From Nitrospirota bacterium (GTDB lineage Bacteria > Nitrospirota > UBA9217): DNA of 64,000 nt. Numbering within the stretch: the stretch's first letter is position 1; every line of letters begins with the position of its first letter. Under the pieces are notes generated by a model that ran no database searches, was not told the DNA's origin, and worked only from the letters and a program-made list of their open reading frames with translations. The DNA lies in contig CAVTRN010000002.1 in assembly GCA_963737155.1 (NCBI GenBank), positions 32,001-96,000 of the forward strand, given 5' to 3'. Below are positions 1 to 9,716 of this stretch, piece by piece. Position numbers and translations under genes: made by a program.

Positions 1-2
1 CC

Positions 3-1997
3 GGGGATGAGGAATGGTATCTTAATGAGGTCTGCCGGATCATTGTGGAGGTCTGCGGCTATGCCCTGGTCTGGATCGGGTTTGCAGAGAAGGACGAAGG
101 CAGGACCGTAAGGCAGGTGGCTCACTTCGGCATTGATGAGGGCTACCTTGATACAATACATATCACGTGGGCGGATTCAGAACGCGGTCAAGGTCCTGTC
201 GGAACAGCCATTAGAACAGCCAAACCTTCCATCGTACGCGACATCTTCGGCGACATTGCATTCGAACTTTGGCGCGAAGATGCTGTCAAGAGGGGATATG
301 CTGCGATAATCAGCGTCCCACTTCTGACAGGGGGAAAAGCCTTCGGGTCTCTCAACATATACTCCAGACACCGAGATCCATTTTCCGAAGAAGAAGTGCA
401 ACTGCTTAATGATCTGGCCGCGGATCTGTCTTACGGCATTGCCGCTATTAGGCTGCGTACCGTGCAGGCGGAAACGGCATCGGCGCTGCAGAAGAGCGAG
501 CGCAAATACAAAAGCCTTGTTGAAACGACCATTGACGGTGTTTATCAAAGTGATTTAGATGGTAAATTTACATTTATAAATCAAGCTGGGGCCGAGATAT
601 TCGGTCATGGAGCGCCGGATGAAATGTACGGCAAAGCTGTTATCGACTATTGGGTTGATCCTGGAGAAAGAATTAAGTTCGTCACCGAATTAAAGAATAA
701 AAAAACCCTGAAATCCTATCCTTTGCGGGCGAAAAAGAAGAATGGAGTTGAGATTCAACTGGAGATGTCTAGCCACATTATTGAGGATGATCTGGGTCGT
801 TTCACGGGGATAGAGGGCATATTGCGAGACGTGACCGAGAGGAAAAAACTTGAAGTCCAGCTCCGCCACTCTCAAAAGATGGAGGCAGTCGGTACTCTGG
901 CCGGGGGTATTGCACACGATTTTAATAATATCCTAAATGTGATAAGTGGGTATGGCTTGATGGTGCTGAACAGTCTGGAAGCCGATAGCCCTTCAAAGAA
1001 ACACATGAATGAGGTGCTCACCGCTGCTGATAGGGCTGCGAATCTCACCAAAAGGCTGCTTGATTTCAGCAGAAAACAGGTTGTTGAAGTGAAGCCTATT
1101 AATATCAACGAGCTTATCCTCAACCTGCAGAAAATGCTTGTCCGGATTATCAGAGAGAGTATTGATTTTAATGTGGTCCTTGCGGACAGACCCTTGATAG
1201 TGCTGGCAGATGCCGGGCAAATTGAACTCGTGCTGATAAACCTTGTCACAAATGCCAAGGACGCGATGCAAGAGGGCGGACGGCTTACGATTAGCACTGG
1301 ATTTGAGGAATTGTATGATGAGCATGTTGTATTATATGGATATGGAAAGCCTGGCAAGTATGCGCTTATTAAGGTTGCTGACACAGGTCACGGGATGGAC
1401 GCCGAAACTCAGAAGAAGATATTCGAGCCCTTTTTTACCACAAAAGGTATTGGAGAAGGGACAGGGCTTGGACTTGCAATTTCCTACGGGATAATAAAGC
1501 AGCATGATGGATACATAAAAGTCTACAGCGAGCCAGGACAAGGAACTGTATTCAAAATATACCTGCCTCTCAGTAATGCAGCGGTATCTTCGGACAAGAA
1601 GACGGGGGCTGACTTCGCAGTCAAGGGCGGAAATGAGACCGTCCTTGTGGCCGAGGATGACGCTTCCTTGAGAAATTTGACAAACATAGTGCTGGAGTCC
1701 TTCGGTTACAGTGCTATCCTGGCAGTGGACGGCGAAGATGCCATCACAAAATTCATGGAGAACAAGGAACAAATTAGCCTCGTCCTGCTTGATACGATTA
1801 TGCCGAAGAAAAATGGGAAAGAGGTCAGTGACACAATCAAGAAAATCAATCCCCGGATGAAAATACTTTTTACGAGCGGATACTCCATGGATATTATCAA
1901 GACCAAGGAATCGGCAACAGCCGGTTCAGACTTCATCCAAAAGCCTTACCTGCCGAAAGACCTTTTGAAAAAGATGAGGGAGGTTCTTGATAGATGA
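3..1997 (+). CDS. Hybrid sensor histidine kinase (GAF-PAS-HisKA-HATPase-REC), 5' end outside window
   Basis: Frame open from window start; H-box AGGIAHDFNN, N-box NLVTNAKDAM, G-boxes DTGHGMD and GTGLGL, C-terminal receiver VLVAEDD...LLDTIMP. Confidence 0.93.
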   Translation, partial: GDEEWYLNEVCRIIVEVCGYALVWIGFAEKDEGRTVRQVAHFGIDEGYLDTIHITWADSERGQGPVGTAIRTAKPSIVRDIFGDIAFELWREDAVKRGYAAIISVPLLTGGKAFGSLNIYSRHRDPFSEEEVQLLNDLAADLSYGIAAIRLRTVQAETASALQKSERKYKSLVETTIDGVYQSDLDGKFTFINQAGAEIFGHGAPDEMYGKAVIDYWVDPGERIKFVTELKNKKTLKSYPLRAKKKNGVEIQLEMSSHIIEDDLGRFTGIEGILRDVTERKKLEVQLRHSQKMEAVGTLAGGIAHDFNNILNVISGYGLMVLNSLEADSPSKKHMNEVLTAADRAANLTKRLLDFSRKQVVEVKPININELILNLQKMLVRIIRESIDFNVVLADRPLIVLADAGQIELVLINLVTNAKDAMQEGGRLTISTGFEELYDEHVVLYGYGKPGKYALIKVADTGHGMDAETQKKIFEPFFTTKGIGEGTGLGLAISYGIIKQHDGYIKVYSEPGQGTVFKIYLPLSNAAVSSDKKTGADFAVKGGNETVLVAEDDASLRNLTNIVLESFGYSAILAVDGEDAITKFMENKEQISLVLLDTIMPKKNGKEVSDTIKKINPRMKILFTSGYSMDIIKTKESATAGSDFIQKPYLPKDLLKKMREVLDR

Positions 1998-3178
1998 GTG
2001 AAAAGATACTGCTCGTTGACGATGAAGAGGCCAATCTCAAGCTGCTCATCCAGTGGCTCATCCCATTAGGCTATGATATTGAACTTGCATCAAACGGGGA
2101 AGAGGCGGCGCAGAAGACCAGAAGCAGCAGGCCTGACCTGATAATACTTGATATCATGATGCCGGTCATGGATGGCTACGAAGCCTGCAGGATTTTAAAA
2201 GCAGACCCAGAGACAAAGAATATACCGATCATTATGGTGACGGCGCTTCACGAAAGGGAATCAAAATTAAAAGGGCTCTCGGTCTCCGCAAATGATTTTC
2301 TTTCCAAACCCATCGATCAAACCGAATTAATTATACGTGTTAAGAACCTTCTCAAAATCAAGGCATATGAAGACTTTATGCTCAGGCATAATCAGATGCT
2401 TGAAGAGGAGTTGATACACTCGAATAAGATGTCTGCTCTAGGGATGCTCGTCTCGAGTGTAGCTCACGAGGTGAATAATCCGAACAATTTTATCATGTTC
2501 AACAGTTCGCTCCTATCAGGTGTGTGGAAGGATATAGCAGCGATCCTCGACCGTTACGCGGCAGAGGATCCAACCTTCCGTATTGCGGGCTTGCCCTATA
2601 CCGAGATGCGCGAGGCTATTCCGAAACTGCTAGCGGGCATCACCGACGGATCCCGCCGAATCAAGGACATGGCGAGCCGATTGCGCGAGCTTTCCTGCGA
2701 GGACCGGTCAGGACTGGACGGTGTAATCGATGTCAATGCTGCTGTGCGGAGCGCGGTGATGATCATGGAGAATCAGATCATGAAGTACTCGGAAAATTTT
2801 GCGTTGGAACTCGCAGAATCGCTGCCCCCGGTGCCTGGTAGTAACCAGCAAATCGAACAGGTGGTCATCAATATAATCCAGAATGCACTGCAGGCGCTGT
2901 GCGACCGGCAAGGTATGGTTACGGTGAAGACCTTTTCCGATAATGCGAAACACCAGTCTGTTATCGAGGTGCGGGACAGTGGTCAGGGGATCTCCACTCA
3001 GAATCTTAAGCGCATCAAAGAACCGTTTTTTACGACCAAGCTGGATTTGGGAGGTACTGGTCTGGGTCTGTACATATCGAATTCGATTATACAGGACCAC
3101 CACGGTGCCCTTGATATTCAGTCCGAAGAAGGAAGAGGGACAACTGTCCGGGTTCACCTACCGGGAAAAGAAGTCTAA
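1994..3178 (+). CDS. Response regulator receiver fused to histidine kinase (REC-HisKA-HATPase)
   Basis: ILLVDDE...DIMMPVMDG receiver; VAHEVNNP H-box; DSGQG and GTGLGL; ATGA overlap with upstream gene. Confidence 0.92.
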   Translation: MSEKILLVDDEEANLKLLIQWLIPLGYDIELASNGEEAAQKTRSSRPDLIILDIMMPVMDGYEACRILKADPETKNIPIIMVTALHERESKLKGLSVSANDFLSKPIDQTELIIRVKNLLKIKAYEDFMLRHNQMLEEELIHSNKMSALGMLVSSVAHEVNNPNNFIMFNSSLLSGVWKDIAAILDRYAAEDPTFRIAGLPYTEMREAIPKLLAGITDGSRRIKDMASRLRELSCEDRSGLDGVIDVNAAVRSAVMIMENQIMKYSENFALELAESLPPVPGSNQQIEQVVINIIQNALQALCDRQGMVTVKTFSDNAKHQSVIEVRDSGQGISTQNLKRIKEPFFTTKLDLGGTGLGLYISNSIIQDHHGALDIQSEEGRGTTVRVHLPGKEV

Positions 3179-3440
3179 TTTGAGCTGATGGATGACCTTC
3201 TACCCAATAACTGATTCAGCCAGAAGCGATAATCTCAGGTGTGCATGATACAACCAGCTATTCTTTGCCATCGTCAAAACATTGGCAGTGCAAGATAGAG
3301 GATTTTATGCAAACACTTCACATAATAGGTGTAGAGCGCAATATCCAGAAAATGCAACTCTTGTGATCTTCATGATGTAGTTCACGCCTATACGGGAGGA
3401 ATTGATTTACACAATATTATACTATTGGTGTCTGTAATCT

Positions 3441-3543
3441 CGAAGATCAGAGGTTCAAATCCGGCCAACGCTACCAAATATATCAATGGGTTACAGCATA
3501 TCTGTAACCCTCTTTTTTATTATCAGGACAGAAACAGGACAGC
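3441..3543 (+). repeat. tRNA-Met 3'-half repeat copy 1 (chimeric T-arm) + terminator + CAGGACAG direct repeats
   Basis: cgaagatcagaggttcaaatccggccaacgctacca (3441-3476); hairpin gggttacag..ctgtaaccc plus T-run (3488-3518); caggacagaaa/caggacagc (3524-3543). Confidence 0.85.
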
Positions 3544-3644
3544 TTATTATTAAAAACTAGTTTATATTTCGTTATAAATATTGTATAATTATATACAAAT
3601 AATTGTACGAAATTATACAAATATTTGTACTTATTAATACAATA

Positions 3645-4224
3645 ATGGAATATAGAATTGATAAACAAGCAGTGCTAAACATAATGGAACAATGGAATCT
3701 TTTTTTACGAAAAAAGGTTCATCTCATTGCCTGTAGCGGAACCGCGATGACGTTATTAGGTGTTAAGTCTTCGACAAGGATATCGATTTCATGGTTCCAA
3801 ATGAGCCCGAATACGAGAATCTGATCAAGGTCCTTCAGCAACTCGGTTATGAGCAGGAGACAGCATCCGGGTGGAAACGAAAAGACGAAATCTTCAGATT
3901 CGACCTTTTTAAGGGGAACAAGATCCATACAACGGAATTGCCGAATCACCCCTTAAGAAAGAAAATCATACAGTTCTGAAGGAGTATTCACGCTTATATA
4001 TAGGGATACTGAATCCATACGATCTTATCGCGAGCAAACTGTTCCGCGGAACAGATGTTTATTTTCAGGATTGCCTCATGCTAGTAAGAGCCAATCGGAT
4101 CATCAACGTCGATCGTCTTAAACGCCACTACGAAGAAATGGTCAACTATGATGTTTCAGAACAGCGGATCAGTCCGCATATTGATCACCTTATCGAACTC
4201 CTCAGAGAGGAAAACCTAGTATGA
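3645..4224 (+). pseudogene. Frameshifted nucleotidyltransferase (DUF6036-like, AbiEii-like fold)
   Basis: Pieces in different frames join to give IACSGTAMTLLGVKSST/KDIDFMVP...LNPYDLIASKLFRG...DCL; stop overlaps next start (ATGA). Confidence 0.7.
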
Positions 4225-4892
4225 CTAACAAAACTTTGATGGAAAAAGTAGCGCGGCTTGGATTGCCGCTCATGGAGACTAGCGAGGAAGTAGACGTAAA
4301 CCAGACTCTTGCCGAAGTCGTGAAAAGCGGTGATATCCGGCTTTGGGAAGGATTTCCCGTTTTGCTCTTAAACTCAATGAAGGACAACAACTTCAAGTAT
4401 GAACAGGTCTCAAATAACTTGACACCGAATGAACGAGCGACATTTCACGCGTTATTGCTTTTGTCGTTGACCCTCTATTTGAATTATCATCTTTCATTTT
4501 CATGGGTGAAACAGCTAAAGAACAGATTTTCGGACGAAGAGAAAAGTCGACTAAAGCAACTACGGAATTGGCTTGCCCATAACGATTCTTTTGTTTATAA
4601 CAACACGCGGTTTGACGCAATACGCCTAAAGAAAATGTTTGAGCTTTATTATGAGAAGGATGCAGAGAAGGGCAGGCAGAAGAAAGAAAGTTTTGAAAGT
4701 CTTTCTTTTGAATATTCATTATCTCAAATGTTTTCTCCCAAACAGAAAGAGTTGCTCAAGAAGAGGCTGGAGGGGCTGCCTTTGACAAAGACGGAACAAG
4801 AATATTATTCCCGGACAGTCAAGAAAAAGCTTGCCGCCCTGGCCAATTCGGAATTGCATCATACGGCACAGCGGTTATTGCAGCAGAGATAG
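4221..4892 (+). CDS. Hypothetical protein translationally coupled to the nucleotidyltransferase (putative TA partner)
   Basis: 223-aa ORF, ATGA overlap with upstream pseudogene, lies between tRNA-fragment repeats. Confidence 0.7.
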   Translation: MTNKTLMEKVARLGLPLMETSEEVDVNQTLAEVVKSGDIRLWEGFPVLLLNSMKDNNFKYEQVSNNLTPNERATFHALLLLSLTLYLNYHLSFSWVKQLKNRFSDEEKSRLKQLRNWLAHNDSFVYNNTRFDAIRLKKMFELYYEKDAEKGRQKKESFESLSFEYSLSQMFSPKQKELLKKRLEGLPLTKTEQEYYSRTVKKKLAALANSELHHTAQRLLQQR

Positions 4893-5005
4893 GCGGATCA
4901 ATCTGTACCCCTTTTTGTAACCCTCAGTGGGGAAAATGACCGGATGCTTAGACTAAGCGGAGACCAGCCACCTTCAATGGTTTATGCGTTTTTGGTCTTT
5001 TAGTA

Positions 5006-5091
5006 CTCATAACCCGAAGGTCGTCGGTTCAAATCCGGCCCCCGCTACCAAACTTATCATGGGGTTACAGCTTACGCTATAACCCTTTTTT
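5006..5091 (+). repeat. tRNA-Met(CAT) 3'-half repeat copy 2 (anticodon loop to CCA) + terminator; att-like
   Basis: ctcataacccgaaggtcgtcggttcaaatccggcccccgctacca matches the 3' half of initiator tRNA-Met; no 5' half or D-arm upstream. Confidence 0.92.
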
Positions 5092-5106
5092 CTAACGGTT
5101 CTAATG

Positions 5107-5212
5107 CCCTGCCTTGTGTCCCGCCATAATAAAAATCGCAATTGTGAATGATAAGCCATTGAATTGATTGGGCGGGGATAGGGGAGATATCAAATCGGCA
5201 TCGGAGAGACTA
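5107..5212 (+). repeat. ~105-bp spacer element X with terminal imperfect inverted repeats; second copy at 12826-12934
   Basis: cctgccttgtgtcccgcc..cgcaattgtgaatgataagccattgaattgattgggcggggataggggagata aligns with cctgtctcgcgtcctgcc..cgcatttgtgtatgataagctcttgaattgtttgggacgggaaaggggagaca. Confidence 0.8.
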
Positions 5213-5327
5213 CCCGATGGTCAGAGGTTCAAGTCCGGCCCTGGCTAGCAAACTCATCATGGGGTTACAGCATTTGCTGTAAACAATTTTTTTATCAGGC
5301 TGCATCAGGACAGTTACAATACAGTTC
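5213..5327 (+). repeat. tRNA-Met 3'-half repeat copy 3 (chimeric T-arm) + terminator + three periodic repeats
   Basis: cccgatggtcagaggttcaagtccggccctggctagca; gttacagc..gctgtaaac plus T-run; caggctgcat/caggacagtta/caatacagttc. Confidence 0.85.
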
Positions 5328-5490
5328 GAAATATGTAACGTTAAAACACCCGCGACTGCCGCCGGGGAGTTTCACCCTATACAGATTCCGAAGGATAGCT
5401 ATCAGACGTTACGATTCATTCCAGTCTAACCCACCGGCAATTCTACAAGTCGTCATTCCAAATGATGTCTGCCCACTTAGTTGTTCATCT

Positions 5491-5790
5491 TTATGTATGC
5501 TCAACACTAGCGTGCAATCGCAAACCAAGAGCGCGTACTACCTTGAGTATTGTGGCAAACTCCGGGTTGCCGTTGGGAGAGAGGGCTTTATAAAGGCTTT
5601 CGCGGCCAAGTCCGGCTTTGCGAGCAACCTGTGACATGCCCTTTGCTCTGGCAATGTCTCCCAAGGTTGCCGCAATCAGAGCCGGGTCGCCATCCTCGAT
5701 GGCGGCTTCAAGATAATTAGCCATGTCCTTGTCGGTCTTCAAATAATCCACTGCGTCCCATTTTGTCGTTTTAAGTTTTTCTTTTTTCAT
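5491..5790 (-). CDS. Addiction module antitoxin (HTH, HI1420/HigA-like)
   Basis: WDAVDYL...YLEAAIEDGD...ARAKGMSQVARKAGLGRESLYKALSPNGNPEF. Confidence 0.9.
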   Translation of the reverse strand: MKKEKLKTTKWDAVDYLKTDKDMANYLEAAIEDGDPALIAATLGDIARAKGMSQVARKAGLGRESLYKALSPNGNPEFATILKVVRALGLRLHASVEHT

Positions 5791-5799
5791 GTTGTCCTC

Positions 5800-6090
5800 C
5801 TACAGAATCCGTGCCAAGTCGAGGGCTTTTTCAATGTCCCGCGCCTGTGTGCGTTTATCGCCGCCCGCAAGCAGGATTACCACTTCCCGGCCGCGCTTTA
5901 TGAAGTAAACCCGGTAGCCAGGACCGTAATCGATTCGTAGCTCCGAAACGCCCTCTCTCACAGGCGACACGTCTCCAGGGTTCCCTAGCATCATGCGCCG
6001 AAGCCGCGCGTTAATTCTTGCAACGGCCTGTCGATCACGAAGCCCCGTAAGCCAACGCTCAAAAACATCAGTCTTCCGAATTTCGATCAC
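5800..6090 (-). CDS. RelE/ParE-superfamily toxin (HI1419/HigB-like)
   Basis: GNPGDVSPVREGVSELRIDYGPGYRVYF...LLAGGDKRTQ; toxin upstream of antitoxin. Confidence 0.9.
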   Translation of the reverse strand: MIEIRKTDVFERWLTGLRDRQAVARINARLRRMMLGNPGDVSPVREGVSELRIDYGPGYRVYFIKRGREVVILLAGGDKRTQARDIEKALDLARIL

Positions 6091-6147
6091 AGACTAATTG
6101 TATCCTATGGGATTCAAAAAGCAAGCTCTATTTTTGAGTTATCTCCG

Positions 6148-6788
6148 AACTCTTTATGGTACTTTCAAAAGTCGCCACATGCTGAGGATTGTTGTGGAGG
6201 AACGGAGTTTCGATTCTTATTCTGCCGGGCACATAATTGTAATAATAATCTATGCCATGCCCTTCTTCATCAGACGTTTTTGCCTTAGACATAATAAAAT
6301 AACTTTTTTTTCGAGAACGCTGGTGATTTGTTCATGTTTGATCTTATTTTCATCGAAATGAATTAATGCGCTGCCGGTAACAGCGTCGGTTTCTACCGAC
6401 GTTATCCCTTCCAAACTCTTTATGGTACTTTCAAAAGTCGCCGCATTGCTGAGGATTGTTGTGGAGGAACGGAGTTTCGATTCTTATTCTACCGGGCACA
6501 TAATTGTAATAATAATCTATTCTATGCCCTTCTTCATCAGACGTTTTTGCCTTAGACATAATAAAATAACCCTTTTCCTCGAGAACGTTGGTGATTTGTT
6601 CATGTTTGATCTTATTTTCGTCGAAATGAATTAATGCGCTGCCGGTAACAGCGTCGGTTTCTACCGACGTTATCCCTTCCAAACTCTTTATGGTACTTTC
6701 AAAAGTCGCCGCATTGCTGAGGATTGTTGTGGAGGAACGGAGTTTCGATTCTAATTCTACCGGGCGCATAATGGTAATAATAACCCAT
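6148..6788 (-). pseudogene. Tandemly repeated (~267-bp unit, ~2.4 copies) HMA2-like domain gene with frameshifts
   Basis: Unit restarts at 6148, 6414, 6682; ATG at 6788 gives MGYYYHYAPGRIRIETPFL..., continuing EGITSVETDAVTGSALIHFD after a +1 shift. Confidence 0.75.
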
Positions 6789-7428
6789 CAAATATTCCTC
6801 TCCTCTATTATTAAAATACGACACAGCACTGTTTAGCAAAGTTAAGTTATAAGTTAAGTCGCTTCAGGGTTAAGTGTGGGAGCCCTAATATGTTGATATA
6901 AGCTGTTTTCGCACTGAAAGGGGTAACTGATCGATAATGCAAGGCTTTCCACCTTAACTGCTGGGGTTTATTCTTTTTCCTCTATTCTACATTTTGGTGC
7001 TTCCCACACTCGTTCCGGAAGGGCCTAAGTTAATAGTATGTTGATTTCTTATACATCATAAATTATATAAAAACTATTAGAGATATTCAATCTCCCGTTT
7101 CAGCTTTCACCCATTTCGGTTAATTATTGAAAGGTTTTACTCTTTCTCGTCGCCCAATGGCGGCATGTTTAATGGTTGGAGTAACAACATGTATAATAAA
7201 ATTAGAGTCCTGTTTCTGTACACTCGATTAAGTAAATTCGTGTAGCGAATTCTGGTGGTCCATTCCTTTTTTACAAGGACTGAACTCAACACGCGGGCCT
7301 GTCGGTAAAAAACGCAAGACGTTCAAACATGATATAATATTGCAGAGTACAATCAATAATAACTAAAAGCTATCTTTGAAAACCATAAGTCATAATTAAT
7401 CGACAGGAACGAGTTTATTCGCCGGCAA

Positions 7429-7731
7429 ATGAAGTTTACGGCATTTGCCTCAATAATTCTGGTTTTGTCTCTCGGGATCGGAATTGGAGGGTATCATAGT
7501 TTTGGGAAACTGCCTTGGCTAGATGCCTTTCTCAATGCTTCAATGATTTTAACGGGAATGGGCCCAATCGATCATCTTGAAACGGACAGTGCCAAGTTAT
7601 TTGCTGCTTTTTATGCACTTTATAGCGGCGCAGCTTTTCTCGCGTTTGTTGGTGTACTATTTGCGCCTTTATACCACCGTTTCTTTCATAAATTTCATTT
7701 TAACATGGAGGATACTAAGGATGATCATTAA
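7429..7731 (+). CDS. Small two-TM membrane protein with pore-helix-like segment
   Basis: TM - WLDAFLNASMILTGMGP - TM; N-terminus possibly degenerate. Confidence 0.7.
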   Translation: MKFTAFASIILVLSLGIGIGGYHSFGKLPWLDAFLNASMILTGMGPIDHLETDSAKLFAAFYALYSGAAFLAFVGVLFAPLYHRFFHKFHFNMEDTKDDH

Positions 7732-7981
7732 ACAGGGTATTGCTGTTGTAGTGCCTTAAAGTATTACACTGAATATATTTGTATTGGTATTCCTCAGCTA
7801 TTAAGCGGTAGCGTGTTCTGGATAAGTCTCCATTAAGGGAAATTCGCCGAATAAGACCGAGGAGAAAAACCTGGAGGTTATCGCCGGTAGTACAACACTT
7901 AGCCACACTCCATCAGAACTGTCCGGCCTGCAGAAATGATCGGAGGAAACAATCATAAAAGGCAAGAGGGAGGCGCAAGGC

Positions 7982-9667
7982 ATGCGGTTGCCCTTTTTTC
8001 AGGGAATCATTCCCATCAAAGGTTCGCAGGCGCTGACGGATATCATAGCCGGTCTCACGCTGGCCGCCCTCGCCATTCCCGAGGTGATGGGCTACACGAA
8101 AATATCCGGGACCCCCGTAATCACCGGCCTCTACACCATCCTCATCCCGATGACTCTATTCGCACTTTTCGGCTCATCCCGTCACCTTGTCGTCGGTGCC
8201 GACTCTGCGACGGCGGCTATTCTTGCCGGTACTCTCACCGGGATGGCCGTGATCGGGTCGGCTCAGTGGCTTGCGCTGGCTGAAGTCCTGGCGGCTCTGT
8301 CGGCCGGTTTGCTGATCATCGCCCGTATCATTCGCCTGGGGTTCCTTGCGGATTTTCTGTCTCGAACGGTGCTCATCGGGTTTTTGTCAGGTGTAGGCGT
8401 TCAGGTCGCTCTTGATGAAATCTCGACCATGTTAGGGCTTCCGGGAGGAGGGCATGGTCCAATCCAAAAGATCGTTAACGATCTTCATCAGGTCAAACAG
8501 ACGAATTTCTACGCCCTGGGTGTCTCCCTGGCCGTGCTTGCGGTTATCACCGGATCAAAAAAGATTTCAAAAAAGATCCCTGGTGCGTTGATCGCAGTAA
8601 CAGCAGCCATTGTCTCCAGCTCGGCGCTCAATCTTGAAGCTCACGGCGCACATGTGCTTGGCGCAGTTCCGAGCGGCCTGCCAGCGATCGGACTGCCTGA
8701 TGTGCATTGGGATACCGGCCTTATTTTGAAATTGCTTCCCACCGCGTTCGCCATGTTCGTGGTGATCCTGGCCCAGAGCGCGGCGACATCCCGCGTCTAT
8801 GCAACTCGCTACAACGAACGATTCAGCGAAAACGTGGATTTGGTGGGCCTGGGCCTTGCTAATGTTGGCGCCGCGCTGAGCGGGACTTTTGTTGTGAATG
8901 GAAGCCCTACCAAGACTCAAATGGTCGATAGTGCCGGCGGTCGCAGTCAGCTCGCCCAGATTACTGCAAGCTTCATTGTCCTTCTAGTGCTGCTTTTCCT
9001 GACGGGTCCGCTGGCCAGCATGCCAATTGCCGCCCTCTCCGCGGTAGTTTTCCTGATAGGCGTTGAATTGATCGATGTCAAAGGGATGCGGAAGATCTGG
9101 GTACAACGCCCGCCGGAATTCTGGGTGGCGTTGATCACGGCTATCGCGGTGATTGTAGTCGGTGTCGAGCAGGGTATTCTCCTTGCGATGGTACTGTCAC
9201 TCATAGAGCACGTGCGGCGAAGCTACCGATGTAAGAACGCCGTACTCGCACCTGACGAGAAGGGTGGCTGGCGGGCGTTGCCGGTGGCCACTCCTGAACA
9301 AGTCCGGCCCGGCCTACTACTATATAGCTTCAGTCATACTATGTACTATGCAAACGCCGAACAGCTCTCGACAGAGGTTGTCGAACTTGCAAAGGGGGCT
9401 CAGCCTCCCCTGATCTGGTTCTGTATCGACGCGTCGGCGGTTGCAGATGTTGATTTCACTGCGGCATCAACTATTCGCGACATCTACGGCATCTTAGAGA
9501 AGGAGGGCATCCGGCTTGTGTTTTCCGAAGTTATTGACCCCGTCAAGGCTGAGTTGGACAGATATGAGCTTACCGACCTGTTTGGGAAAGATGCCTTTTA
9601 CGATACAATCAATGCAGTAGTAAGTGCATATGACAATAGGTCTGCAGGCAACCAAGACAGGAAATGA
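7982..9667 (+). CDS. SulP family inorganic anion transporter with STAS domain
   Basis: DIIAGLTLAALAIPEVMGY, LFGSSRHLVVGADSA, C-terminal DASAVADVDFTA STAS motif. Confidence 0.93.
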   Translation: MRLPFFQGIIPIKGSQALTDIIAGLTLAALAIPEVMGYTKISGTPVITGLYTILIPMTLFALFGSSRHLVVGADSATAAILAGTLTGMAVIGSAQWLALAEVLAALSAGLLIIARIIRLGFLADFLSRTVLIGFLSGVGVQVALDEISTMLGLPGGGHGPIQKIVNDLHQVKQTNFYALGVSLAVLAVITGSKKISKKIPGALIAVTAAIVSSSALNLEAHGAHVLGAVPSGLPAIGLPDVHWDTGLILKLLPTAFAMFVVILAQSAATSRVYATRYNERFSENVDLVGLGLANVGAALSGTFVVNGSPTKTQMVDSAGGRSQLAQITASFIVLLVLLFLTGPLASMPIAALSAVVFLIGVELIDVKGMRKIWVQRPPEFWVALITAIAVIVVGVEQGILLAMVLSLIEHVRRSYRCKNAVLAPDEKGGWRALPVATPEQVRPGLLLYSFSHTMYYANAEQLSTEVVELAKGAQPPLIWFCIDASAVADVDFTAASTIRDIYGILEKEGIRLVFSEVIDPVKAELDRYELTDLFGKDAFYDTINAVVSAYDNRSAGNQDRK

Positions 9668-9716
9668 GCAAGTTCGTCCAGCGGATTTGGAGTTTGTCTC
9701 ATTAGCTGATTTGAGA

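Noticed and set aside
5006-5050. Functional tRNA-Met gene
   Set aside because: Only anticodon loop to CCA is present; upstream sequence cannot form the acceptor 5' strand or D-arm
6148-6788. CRISPR array or Sec codon (..QCGDF-UGA)
   Set aside because: The unit is ~267 bp with no spacers; the UGA arises from a +1 frameshift
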